Assembly: GCA_965248195.1 (NCBI GenBank)
Contig: CBDFIQ010000002.1
Coordinates: forward strand, 128,001-192,000
Direction of reading: 5' to 3'
Length of the DNA: 64,000 bases
From: Longimicrobiales bacterium
Lineage (GTDB): Bacteria; Gemmatimonadota; Gemmatimonadetes; Longimicrobiales; Gaopeijiaceae
Both the position numbers and the translations under genes were made by a program. Shown here in pieces: positions 10,493 through 19,449 of this stretch. A model generated the notes under the pieces. The model searched no databases, was not told the DNA's origin, and saw only the letters and a list, made by a program, of their open reading frames with translations. Every line of letters begins with the position of its first letter. Position 1 is the first letter of the stretch.

Positions 10493-11850
10493 GCCCACCA
10501 TCCCGATCCGTGGTGCCGCCCGCGGGGCCTGTCCGGAGCTTCGACTTTCCGTCAGTCCAAGCCGAGGTGTTGGATAACGGTCTCCGGATCCGGTCTGTCC
10601 AGGTCGGGCGCCTTCCGGTCGTAACGGCCATGGTGGTCCTGGACGCTGGTGAGGGACTGCTCGACGACAGCCGGGGCGGTCTCTCGGTTCTGACAGGGGA
10701 TTGCCTGGAGGGAGGCACTGCGAAACGGACCGGGGTGGAGCTCGCCGAGGCGCTGGAGACGATTGGAGCCGGGCTCTCCGTTGGGACCGGATGGGATTCC
10801 ACGACCGTGTCGCTTTCGTGCATGGCGGACCGGCTGGATGACGCGATGGGCCTTCTCGCGGAAGTACTTATTCAGCCGACCTTTCCTGACGACGAGGTCG
10901 AACGGATTCGCGGTCAACGTTTGGCAGCGATACGACAGAGGGAGATGGATCCGGGCGGAATCGCCACGACCGCGTCACGCCGTCTGACCTACGCGGAAGG
11001 TGTTCCGTATGGGCGCCCGCTGGGAGGGACGACCGAGTCGGTGGGTCCGTTCAGTGCCGACGCCGCCGCAGCGTTTGTGGCGGCCCGGTATCGTCCTCAG
11101 GGGTCCGGGTTGGTCGTGGTGGGCGACGTCGATGCCCGGCAGGTGCGCTCTCTCGTGGAGACGCACTTTGGAGAATGGGGCGGTGGGACTGAACTCCCGC
11201 CCGAGATCGACGCCGAACCCAGGACCCGCGAGCGGGGGATCGTCGTGGTGGACCGCGCGGATGCGGTTCAATCCGAAATCCGCATCGGTCACGTGGGACA
11301 GGCCCGATCCACGCTGCATTATTTCCCCCTCAGGGTTCTCAACACCGTTCTCGGCGGTGCGTTTACGAGCCGGCTCAATCTCAACCTCCGCGAGGAGAAT
11401 GGGTTTACTTATGGCGTTCGTTCCCGCTTCCTGGTCCGCAGAGGAGCCGGACCGTGGTGCGTTTCCACCGCGGTGGGTACCGACGTGACCGCGGACGCGG
11501 TGCACGAAGCCGTCACCGAGATCACGACCCTGGTCGCGGAGGGACCGACAGAAGAGGAGGTTGGTGCGGCTCGGGACTACCTTGCGGGTGTTTTCCCACT
11601 CCAGTTGGAAACGACCGGCCAGATCGCGGCCCGGATCGCGGAGCTCCTCATTTACGAACTCCCGGACGACTACTACGCAGGCTATCGAGATCGTATTCGT
11701 GGCGTGACGCTCGAAGAGGCCCATGAGGCCGCCGGCCATTGTATCCGCCCGGACGAGATGACAGTCGTAGTCGGTGGGGACGCCAAGGAGATCCAAGGCC
11801 CGCTGGAGGAACTCGGATGGGGACCCCTGACGGTCGAGGCGGCTCCTTAG
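10489..11850 (+). CDS. M16 family peptidase, non-catalytic partner
   Basis: LGGAFTSRLNLNLREENGFTYG; no HxxEH; coupled to upstream M16 gene. Confidence 0.9.
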   Translation: MSPPSRSVVPPAGPVRSFDFPSVQAEVLDNGLRIRSVQVGRLPVVTAMVVLDAGEGLLDDSRGGLSVLTGDCLEGGTAKRTGVELAEALETIGAGLSVGTGWDSTTVSLSCMADRLDDAMGLLAEVLIQPTFPDDEVERIRGQRLAAIRQREMDPGGIATTASRRLTYAEGVPYGRPLGGTTESVGPFSADAAAAFVAARYRPQGSGLVVVGDVDARQVRSLVETHFGEWGGGTELPPEIDAEPRTRERGIVVVDRADAVQSEIRIGHVGQARSTLHYFPLRVLNTVLGGAFTSRLNLNLREENGFTYGVRSRFLVRRGAGPWCVSTAVGTDVTADAVHEAVTEITTLVAEGPTEEEVGAARDYLAGVFPLQLETTGQIAARIAELLIYELPDDYYAGYRDRIRGVTLEEAHEAAGHCIRPDEMTVVVGGDAKEIQGPLEELGWGPLTVEAAP

Positions 11851-12154
11851 AAGGGTGATCGGAAAGGGGGGCGGGTCGCGCACATGGCGCTTGCGTGCGT
11901 TCAGACAAGGAACGACGAGGAGTCGTAGTCCCTCTACGGCGACGAGGAGAGACGCAGGATCAACCGCGCAACCGCCATGTGCCCACGACCATGAATGACA
12001 TGACCTTACACGTTGAAGGGTTGCGGTGGCACGACCCCATCTCCGTTGTTGGAGTTCCTAGCCATAGCTACGGCTATGGCGTCGTCGCTCCGCCTAGGAG
12101 CTGGGGCCGTGGCATCCGCAACGCGGCCCACCCCCCTTTCCGATCACCCTTCTA
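11848..12154. mobile_element. MITE with 33-bp terminal inverted repeats
   Basis: 11848-11880 vs reverse complement of 12122-12154 match 31/33; TA at both ends; internal hairpin 12061-12080. Confidence 0.75.
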
Positions 12155-12158
12155 GAGC

Positions 12159-12758
12159 ATGCCCACGCCCGGGCGGATCGACAGTGAGCCCGTATACGAT
12201 GGACGGGTCGTTCGGCTGAGTGTGGACACGGTTCGGTTCCCCGACGGGAGTGAGGGCCGACTTGAGATGATTCGGCATGCCGGCGCGTCCGCCGTGTTGC
12301 CCTTCCTGGGCGGTCTATTCGACCCGGATCCGGACGTGCTTTTGGTTCGGCAGTACCGGTACGCGTCCGACGGCTATCTATACGAAATACCGGCTGGCTT
12401 GCCGGCCGGGCCCCAGGAGAGCTGGGAGGAGTGCGCGCATCGGGAGCTCGAAGAAGAAACCGGCATGCGGGCGGCAACCATGACCCCGCTCACACGCATC
12501 TATACTACACCGGGCTTTACGGACGAGGTGATCCGGCTCTTTGTCGCGACGGATCTGGAGCCGGGGGAACTCTCGAGAGACCCGGACGAATTCATGGAAG
12601 TAGTGCGGGTCGCTTTCTCGGAAGTGCTGGAAATGGTCCGAGACGGACGGATCGTGGACGCCAAAAGCGTCGCGACCATCCTCTTTGCGGATCGGTTCGT
12701 GCGGGGCGATCGTGGTGGGCGCGGACCGGGCGGGCAGGAGGATGTGTCCCCCCGTTGA
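12159..12758 (+). CDS. nudF: NUDIX hydrolase (ADP-ribose pyrophosphatase-like)
   Basis: RQYRY, EIPAG, AHRELEEETG Nudix box, YTTPGFTDE, IVDAKS. Confidence 0.88.
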   Translation: MPTPGRIDSEPVYDGRVVRLSVDTVRFPDGSEGRLEMIRHAGASAVLPFLGGLFDPDPDVLLVRQYRYASDGYLYEIPAGLPAGPQESWEECAHRELEEETGMRAATMTPLTRIYTTPGFTDEVIRLFVATDLEPGELSRDPDEFMEVVRVAFSEVLEMVRDGRIVDAKSVATILFADRFVRGDRGGRGPGGQEDVSPR

Positions 12759-12834
12759 GATCAAGCGTCCCAAAAGTGGGACGGAAGAGGTCCGCCGAAC
12801 AGGCAGAAATCGGTTATTTTGGTTTATGCCGGAG

Positions 12835-12849
12835 TGGCACGGTACGTGC
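12835..12849 (+). promoter_or_regulatory. Sigma54 (-24/-12) promoter
   Basis: TGGCAC-GGTAC-GTGC with GG-N10-GC spacing upstream of the ECF sigma gene. Confidence 0.55.
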
Positions 12850-12900
12850 GATACCAGTACGACTAGACGGGTAGGTGCTCCGCAGAAGGGGAGTCGAGAC

Positions 12901-13542
12901 GTGAAGAACACAGCCGAGATCCGGGTTCTGCCGGGAGGGGCGGCAAAAGAGCATCGCAAGATGCTGGGGCAACTCGGCGACAGTGATGTGGTACGGGCCT
13001 TCCTGGACGGTGACGAGCGCGCGTTTGGGGAGCTGGTGAAACGATATGATGGACGGCTCTTGAACTTCGTCTATCGCACGGTCGGTGACCGTGAGCGGGC
13101 ACAGGATCTCGTCCAGGAGACCTTCGTCAGGGTGTACCGGCATATGCACCGTTTCGACCAGACGAAGAAATTTTCGACGTGGATCTACACCATTGCCGGT
13201 AACCTTGCCAAGAACGAGTTGAGGAACCGTTCGAGGAACCCATTGGTGCTTTTCCAGACCATCCGGAAAAACTGGGAGGCCGATCACAGGCCGCTCGAAT
13301 GGGAGGACTCGACCTACAGGCCTGACGATCTCTTCCGCAAGCGGCACCTCAAGGATCTGGTCGAAAAGGCAGTGACCCAACTGCCGGAGCATCACCGGAT
13401 CGTTTTCGTGCTCCGCGAGCTCGAGGGTAAGACCTATGAGGAAATCGCGGAAATCACTGGATGCAACCTCGGCACGGTGAAGAGCCGCCTAAACCGGGCG
13501 CGCAACAATTTCGCTCGCGTGATCGCGCCCACGCTCGACTGA
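12901..13542 (+). CDS. ECF RNA polymerase sigma factor
   Basis: AQDLVQETF, FSTWIYTIA, YEEIAEITGCNLGTVKSRLNRAR; GTG start after GGGGAG. Confidence 0.93.
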   Translation: MKNTAEIRVLPGGAAKEHRKMLGQLGDSDVVRAFLDGDERAFGELVKRYDGRLLNFVYRTVGDRERAQDLVQETFVRVYRHMHRFDQTKKFSTWIYTIAGNLAKNELRNRSRNPLVLFQTIRKNWEADHRPLEWEDSTYRPDDLFRKRHLKDLVEKAVTQLPEHHRIVFVLRELEGKTYEEIAEITGCNLGTVKSRLNRARNNFARVIAPTLD

Positions 13543-13586
13543 CTCTCCGAAACCTCGTTCTTCCTCCCCAGGTACCATCTCCAAAG

Positions 13587-13612
13587 GGAACACCACCGGG
13601 CGGTGCACGTAA
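13587..13612 (+). promoter_or_regulatory. ECF-type promoter upstream of the anti-sigma gene
   Basis: GGAAC-N16-CGTAA. Confidence 0.5.
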
Positions 13613-13672
13613 TACCCAAGCCCGATGGCGTTGGCCGTGTACGAATCTCGGATCAGGAGCCCGTCTCACTCT

Positions 13673-14254
13673 ATGGATTGCTCGGAATTTTTAAGCCGGT
13701 TTTCCGAGTTCTATGACGCTCCCCGTGGAGCCCCGGCACGGCAGGAAGCCGAGGCCCACATGGCGGCGTGCGGAAAGTGTGCTCGATACCAAGAAGTCGT
13801 TTCCCGGAGCGTGGCGTTACTCCACGCGATGCCCAGGGCTGAACTCGCCGAGAGTTTCCGGCCGCGGCTCGAGCACCGGTTGTTCCACCTGGATGACGGC
13901 GGTGCGGTTGGCCGGCCCGGCAGAGGCTCCGCCACACCGGTGGTGACCTTGCTAGGGATGGCGATCCTGCTCACTGCCGTTGCCTGGTCACCGACGATGG
14001 GCAGTAGCGTTCCCGAAGTCGAGCTTCCGGCCATCGTAGTATCCGGCCCGCCGATGCTCGATCCGCTCCTCGATCCCGATGCGGCCGGTCTCATGCCGGT
14101 TTCTTCCGGTGTGCCGGCCTCTTCCGGTTTGTTCCAGGGAGGGCTATGGTCGGACGCGAAGAGCCTCCTGTACGAGTATTCTCCGATGAGTGAGCGTTAT
14201 CGGGGCCAGCGGGATTCTGGCGAGCGGGTACTCCGAAGAACGGGTTTCGATTGA
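13673..14254 (+). CDS. Zinc-binding anti-sigma factor (zf-HC2) with TM helix
   Basis: MDC...HMAACGKC (HxxxCxxC); hydrophobic helix; follows the ECF sigma. Confidence 0.85.
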   Translation: MDCSEFLSRFSEFYDAPRGAPARQEAEAHMAACGKCARYQEVVSRSVALLHAMPRAELAESFRPRLEHRLFHLDDGGAVGRPGRGSATPVVTLLGMAILLTAVAWSPTMGSSVPEVELPAIVVSGPPMLDPLLDPDAAGLMPVSSGVPASSGLFQGGLWSDAKSLLYEYSPMSERYRGQRDSGERVLRRTGFD

Positions 14255-14288
14255 ACGGAAAAACGCATCCGACGTACCGGCCATCGCC

Positions 14289-15293
14289 ATGAAAAACCCT
14301 CTCCGGACGATCCTCGCGCAGGGATCCCCGGGCGGGGTTTTCTTCCTTTATGGGGAGGACGAGCATCGCAAGGCGGAGGCCGCTCAGGCCTTGGTGGACG
14401 CTCACTTGGATCCGGGGACTCGTGACTTCAACTTGGACGTGGTGCAAGCCTCCGAGGTGAGTGTCGAGGATCTTGCCCGCATACTGGCCACCCCTCCAAT
14501 GATGGCCGAGCGAAGAGTGGTTGTGGTGAGGGGTGCCGAAGCCTTTGCCGGCGCGGCCCGATCCCGGGACCTCATCCTCGGTCTGGTCGAAAATTGCCCG
14601 TCGGATCTCGCCCTTATTCTCTCGGCGAGGATTCCCGAGCGTTCGAAAGCGAAGTTTTACCGGACTCTGATCAAGCGCGCTCAATCGGTGGAGTTCGCCA
14701 CGATCACGCCGGATGACGTGCCCGGGTGGTTGATGGAGGAAGCCACCGTCCGTTTCGGGGCGACCCTGGAGCCCGATGCTGCGAGGGCGCTGGGCCAAGC
14801 GATCGGGGCGGACCTGGGCATTCTTTCACGGGAACTCGAAAAGCTCGCGGCCGTTGCCGGAAACGAAGAACGAATTACCCTAGAGCATGTTCGGGTGGCC
14901 GGGACTGTTTTGCCGAAGCAGGATCGTTGGAAGTGGTTCGATCTCGTGGGAGCAAGGCGGTTCCAAGAGGCTGTACCGGGGGTCCGAGTGCTCTTGAACC
15001 AAGGCGAGAGCGGTGTCGGCCTAACCCTCGGGCTGTCGACCCACTTGTTGAGAATCGCCTTGGCGGTGGAGAGCGGCCCGCGTGCGCTAGAGGAGGTGCT
15101 GCCCCCACATCAGAGGTGGCTGTCCCGGCAGCTCGGCGAGCAGGCCAAGGGATGGGAGGCGGGTGCGATCCGGTCGGCGGTGTTAGGCTTGCTTCGGATC
15201 GATCGCTTGTTAAAGGCGAGTTCACTTTCGGACGAACATTACTTAGAAGAATGGCTTCTCACGTTGATGGCCCGCGAAGACGTCGCGGCGTAA
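14289..15293 (+). CDS. holA: DNA polymerase III delta subunit
   Basis: VFFLYGEDE, TPPMMAERRVVVV, GADLGILSRELEKL. Confidence 0.88.
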   Translation: MKNPLRTILAQGSPGGVFFLYGEDEHRKAEAAQALVDAHLDPGTRDFNLDVVQASEVSVEDLARILATPPMMAERRVVVVRGAEAFAGAARSRDLILGLVENCPSDLALILSARIPERSKAKFYRTLIKRAQSVEFATITPDDVPGWLMEEATVRFGATLEPDAARALGQAIGADLGILSRELEKLAAVAGNEERITLEHVRVAGTVLPKQDRWKWFDLVGARRFQEAVPGVRVLLNQGESGVGLTLGLSTHLLRIALAVESGPRALEEVLPPHQRWLSRQLGEQAKGWEAGAIRSAVLGLLRIDRLLKASSLSDEHYLEEWLLTLMAREDVAA

Positions 15294-16057
15294 TTCATTC
15301 ATCTGCTCTGATCCTGGCGGTGGGCATCGCGGTTCCTGCGGGTGCCCAGGAGAGCTTGGACGTGGTGGATTCACTTGCCTCGGCCGGCCGGGCGGACGAG
15401 GCCCGGGAGGCACTCGAGTCCTGGTGGGAGGATCAGCGGGTGGGAGCGGGCCGTCGCGACCGGCAACGCGGGTTGTGGCTGAGGGGGATTCTCACCGTGG
15501 ATCCTCGCATGGCCGGCCTCGACTTTCAGCGGTTGGTCCTAGAGTACCCAGGTGGATCGCACTCCGATGAGGCACTGCTGCGGTTGGGCTTGATCTCGGC
15601 CGACACGGAGGACATCCTGCGCGCGGCGGGGTATTTCCGCACATTAGTGACGGATTACCCGAGGAGCCCGCAGCGGCGTCGGGCGCAGGAGTGGCTCGCC
15701 GAGAACCTGGTGGCGATCGAGGAGGCGGAGTTGGAGGCGGAGGCGGAGACCGCGGTTGCCGGAGCCCGGGAGCCCGAGCTGGACCCCCCAGTCCCAGCCG
15801 AAACGGAGTCAACCCGATATGCTGTCCAGGTAGGTGCGTTCGAGAGCGAGGAGCGCGCTAGCAGCCTGCTGTCGTCGGTCAACGCTTCCGGCTTTCGGGC
15901 GAGGATCGTGCGCGTCACGGGGAGCACGCTCGTGCGTGTCCGAATCGGGGCCTTTCTCGATCGCAGCGGAGCCGTCGAGTTGATGGATCGGGTGAGGAGA
16001 CGGGGGCACGAAGCGACGATTGCGGTGGATGTGGCCGAAGAGGAACTAATTCGATGA
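15251..16057 (+). CDS. Exported TPR + SPOR domain protein
   Basis: Signal peptide MASHVDGPRRRR...AGAQ; YPGG..DEALLRLG TPR; YAVQVGAF...RVRIGAF SPOR domain. Confidence 0.8.
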   Translation: MASHVDGPRRRRGVIHSSALILAVGIAVPAGAQESLDVVDSLASAGRADEAREALESWWEDQRVGAGRRDRQRGLWLRGILTVDPRMAGLDFQRLVLEYPGGSHSDEALLRLGLISADTEDILRAAGYFRTLVTDYPRSPQRRRAQEWLAENLVAIEEAELEAEAETAVAGAREPELDPPVPAETESTRYAVQVGAFESEERASSLLSSVNASGFRARIVRVTGSTLVRVRIGAFLDRSGAVELMDRVRRRGHEATIAVDVAEEELIR

Positions 16058-16227
16058 CCTGATCGGGGGCTCGGGACCGTTTCTCCTTCCCCGTAAACGT
16101 CTTGATGGACCTCTACTTGAGGGGGGGTTACCTTTACCACAGTTGAGCGGGTGACTGCACTCGGGGGCGTTTTGCTCAGGCTTCGGCGACTCACGGGGCG
16201 GCCTGATCGTCATGTCGAGGCGCACGG

Positions 16228-19200
16228 ATGAATCGAAAAAATCGGACTTGGCAGCCCATAGATCCGGCAGCTGGGGGTCTACCGGAGGGACTTGAGTCTG
16301 CCCTCGGTGATGGGGAGTCCGTGTCCGCCTGCGTCGTCGTTCTGGTCGACTCCGAAATCGACTCTGAGTGGGGTGCGCTGGCGAGTTTGGCGATTGCCAA
16401 GAGATGGGCGGAGTCGGGGCACCGCGTCATTCTCGCGGATGCGTGCCTGGACCGTCCGGTGCTCCACGAGGTGGCGGGCGTCGAGAATGGCGAGGGTGTC
16501 TCCGACGTGATGCTCCTTGGGGCATCACTTGAGCGAATCGCGGAACCTCTCGGAGAGAGGCTGTTCCTCGTCCCCGCTGGAACACCGGTCGATCAAGTCG
16601 CCGACGTTCTGACACACATCGAATGGGACATCGTGATTCGGGGGTGTAAGCGGGCTGGGGCGACGCTCGTTTTTCACGTGTCGACCGGGACGCCCGGTGC
16701 ACAGTCTCTGACGGAGCGAGCCGAAGGGGTTCTGGTGCTCGCCCCGTCATCGCAGGACCTCGACACCATCGTTGGGAGCGAATCGGGTCCGCTGATCGCG
16801 GTACTGGGTCCGGGGAACAGAGGAGACCCGTCCGCTGCCGGCTTACCAGGTCCAGCGCTTGCCGACCCCGCGGGGGAGGGGTTCGGCTCCGACGAAACGC
16901 CTGAACCGGCCTTTGCGGAGCCCGGCGGCGGAGATTTCTCACTGGATGAGGAGGACGCTCTCGCCGTCGAGGGATTACCTGAGTTACCGGAGGAGCCACC
17001 GGCCTTCTCCGTGGATGATCCGCCGGAGTTGCTCTCTAGCGAAGGTGAGGATGGAGAGACGTCCGATGCTTTCAGCATACCGAGCCTGGAGGGCTCACAG
17101 TACGATGCGGGGGACTCGCGGGACGCGGCGCTGGAAGCCGACGTCCCTGAGGCGGAGGCTGTGGTCTCGGAAGCTGAGGAGTCCACAGAGGCATCTGGCA
17201 CGCCTGAGGCCGGCGACGTCGGTGTGGGGACCGCGGATCTGGATTCAGGATCGGATCTGGAAGTCGAGACGTCGGTCGAGGGCGATACCCCGCTGGTGGA
17301 CCCGGTCTCTGTCTCCGATTCACTCGCGGAGGTGGGGGCTGAGGAATCTGCAATAGAGGACGCTCTCGCCGTCGAGGGATTACCTGGGTCACCGGAGGAG
17401 CCAGAGGCCTTCTCCGTGGATGATCCGCCGGAGTTGCTCTCTAGCGAGGGTGAGGATGGAGAGACGTCCGATGCTTTCAGCATACCGAGCCTGGAGGGCT
17501 CACAGTACGATGCGGGGGACTCGCGGGACGCGGCGCTGGAAGCCGATGTCCCTGAGGCGGAGGCTGTGGTCTCGGAAGCTGAGGAGTCCACAGAGGCATC
17601 TGGTACGACTGAGGGCGGCGACGTCGGTGTGGGGACCGCGGATCTGGATTCAGGATCGGATCTGGAAGTCGAGACGTCGGTCGAGGGCGATACCCCGCTG
17701 GTGGACCCGGTCCCTGTCTCCGATTCACTCGCGGAGGTGGGGGCTGAGGAATCTGCAATAGAGGACGCTCTCGCCGTCGAGGGATTACCTGGGTCACCGG
17801 AGGAGCCACCGGCCTTCTCCGTCGATGATCCGCCGGAGTTGCCCTCTAGCGAAGGTGAGGATGGAGAGACGTCCGATGCTTTCAGCGTACCGAGCCTGGA
17901 GGGCTCACAGTACGATGCGGGGGACTCGCGGGACGCGGCGCTGGAAGCCGATGTCCCTGAGGCGGAGGCTGTGGTCTCGGAAGCTGAGGAGTCCACAGAG
18001 GCATCGGGCACGACTGAGGGCGGCGACGTCGGTGTGGGGACCGCGGATCTGGATTCAGGATCGGATCTGGAAGTCGAGACGTCGGTCGAGGGCGATACCC
18101 CGCTGGTGGAGCCGCTCCCTGTCTCCGATTCACTCGTGGAGGTGGGGGCTGAGGGATCTGCAATAGAGGACGCTCTCGCCGTCGAGGGATTACCTGAGTC
18201 ACCGGAGGAGCCACCGGCCTTCTCCGTCGATGATCCGCCGGAGTTGCCCTCTAGCGAAGGTGAGGATGGAGAGACGTCCGATGCTTTCAGCGTACCGAGC
18301 CTGGAGGGCTCACAGAAGCGGATCTGGAGATCGAGGGATCTGCCGGAGTGGTCCTCTCGCGAAGGCGAGGATGGAGAGACGTCCGATGCCTTCAGCGTGC
18401 CGAGCCTGGAGGGCTCACAATACGACGCGGGGGACTCGCGGGACGTGGCGCTGAAAGCCGACGCCCCTGAGGCGGGGGCTGTCGTCTCGGAAGCCAAAGA
18501 GTCCACAGAGGCATCTGGCACGGCTGAGGGTGGCGACCTCGGTGTGGGGACCGAGGATCTGGATTCAAGAGCGGATCTGCAGGTCGAGACCTCGGTCGAG
18601 GGCGAGACCGCGCTGGTGGAGCCGCTCCCCGTCTCCGATTCACCCGCGGAGGTGGGGGCTGAGGATTCTCCAACAGAGGAGCCGCAGGGAGAGTCCACCG
18701 AGGAGGATGCGGAGGCCGGGCGGGGGTACGAGGGTCCAGCCCGGGTGGAGAAGTTGCGGAAGACGGAGCGGAAGACGGAGCTGAGGACGAAACGGGAGAC
18801 GAAACTGAAGACGGAGCGAAAGACGGGGCAGAAGACGGGGCAGAAGACGGAGTGGCATGTCCTTCTCGTAGACGACGACGACGACTACTCCCTGGTCATA
18901 GAGCGATCTCTTAGGTCGGCCGCTGGCGTCCCAGTGGAGATCCGGAGGGCCCGCAAAGGCGGCGAGGCGCTCACCGTGCTAGGGGATTTCGTGCCCGATC
19001 TACTCTTGCTGGATCTGAAGATGCCGGGGATGGGGGGTCACGAGGTTCTCGAGAGGATCAAGGGGGACGACAAGCTTCGTTCGGTTCCCGTAGCGGTTCT
19101 TTCGTCTTCCGACCGCGACGAAGATGTTGCCAAGAGCTACGGATTCGGAGGTAATCACTTCATCACGAAGCCAAGCAATCCCCTAGTGCTCGAGGCGAAG

Positions 19201-19389
19201 CTGGGAGCGTTGCTTCGGAACCTCGCGGAGTTGGGGGGGATTCGTCGGGGGTCGACGGGAGTATCGACGACGGCGGTCAGCGCTGTGGACCCACACTCCA
19301 TGACCATACTAAAGGTGCTCCGCTGGGTGGTGGTCGTGGGTGCGTTGATCGCGCTTTACATCTTCGGCAAGGTTTCGGGGGCGTTTTAG
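16228..19389 (+). CDS. Multidomain protein: degenerate MinD/CapB-like domain, acidic repeats, receiver domain, C-terminal TM helix
   Basis: GHRVILADACLDRPVLH; 135-aa D/E-rich repeats; LLVDDD..LLDLKMP..LSSS..FITKP REC; hydrophobic C-terminus. Confidence 0.8.
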   Translation: MNRKNRTWQPIDPAAGGLPEGLESALGDGESVSACVVVLVDSEIDSEWGALASLAIAKRWAESGHRVILADACLDRPVLHEVAGVENGEGVSDVMLLGASLERIAEPLGERLFLVPAGTPVDQVADVLTHIEWDIVIRGCKRAGATLVFHVSTGTPGAQSLTERAEGVLVLAPSSQDLDTIVGSESGPLIAVLGPGNRGDPSAAGLPGPALADPAGEGFGSDETPEPAFAEPGGGDFSLDEEDALAVEGLPELPEEPPAFSVDDPPELLSSEGEDGETSDAFSIPSLEGSQYDAGDSRDAALEADVPEAEAVVSEAEESTEASGTPEAGDVGVGTADLDSGSDLEVETSVEGDTPLVDPVSVSDSLAEVGAEESAIEDALAVEGLPGSPEEPEAFSVDDPPELLSSEGEDGETSDAFSIPSLEGSQYDAGDSRDAALEADVPEAEAVVSEAEESTEASGTTEGGDVGVGTADLDSGSDLEVETSVEGDTPLVDPVPVSDSLAEVGAEESAIEDALAVEGLPGSPEEPPAFSVDDPPELPSSEGEDGETSDAFSVPSLEGSQYDAGDSRDAALEADVPEAEAVVSEAEESTEASGTTEGGDVGVGTADLDSGSDLEVETSVEGDTPLVEPLPVSDSLVEVGAEGSAIEDALAVEGLPESPEEPPAFSVDDPPELPSSEGEDGETSDAFSVPSLEGSQKRIWRSRDLPEWSSREGEDGETSDAFSVPSLEGSQYDAGDSRDVALKADAPEAGAVVSEAKESTEASGTAEGGDLGVGTEDLDSRADLQVETSVEGETALVEPLPVSDSPAEVGAEDSPTEEPQGESTEEDAEAGRGYEGPARVEKLRKTERKTELRTKRETKLKTERKTGQKTGQKTEWHVLLVDDDDDYSLVIERSLRSAAGVPVEIRRARKGGEALTVLGDFVPDLLLLDLKMPGMGGHEVLERIKGDDKLRSVPVAVLSSSDRDEDVAKSYGFGGNHFITKPSNPLVLEAKLGALLRNLAELGGIRRGSTGVSTTAVSAVDPHSMTILKVLRWVVVVGALIALYIFGKVSGAF
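16951..18665 (+). repeat. 405-bp in-frame tandem repeat (about 4 copies)
   Basis: gaggacgctctcgccgtcgaggg at 16951, 17356, 17761, 18166; last copy interrupted and diverged. Confidence 0.95.
18757..18852 (+). repeat. 12-bp degenerate tandem repeat (KTER/KTGQ)
   Basis: cggaagacggag and cagaagacgggg units. Confidence 0.75.
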
Positions 19390-19408
19390 AAGGATGATCA
19401 CCCTTCTA
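19387..19408. repeat. Collapsed MITE-end palindrome
   Basis: TAGAAGGATGATCACCCTTCTA equals both termini of the 11848-12154 element fused at GATC (1 mismatch). Confidence 0.7.
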
Positions 19409-19449
19409 GAGCGGCGCTCCGGACGCTCCGGGCACCGAGAAGGAAAGTC

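Noticed and set aside
11895..12155. 86-aa ORF in the M16-nudF gap
   Set aside because: Lies wholly within the MITE, with no recognisable motifs
14726..15250. N-terminal 175 aa of the SPOR ORF
   Set aside because: Overlaps holA in another frame; the signal peptide indicates a start at 15251
16951..18665. Long repeat array as CRISPR or a mobile element
   Set aside because: Units are 405 bp, contiguous, in frame within a CDS and have no unique spacers
16674..18698. 674-aa Ser-rich ORF on the - strand
   Set aside because: Antisense shadow of the acidic repeat protein
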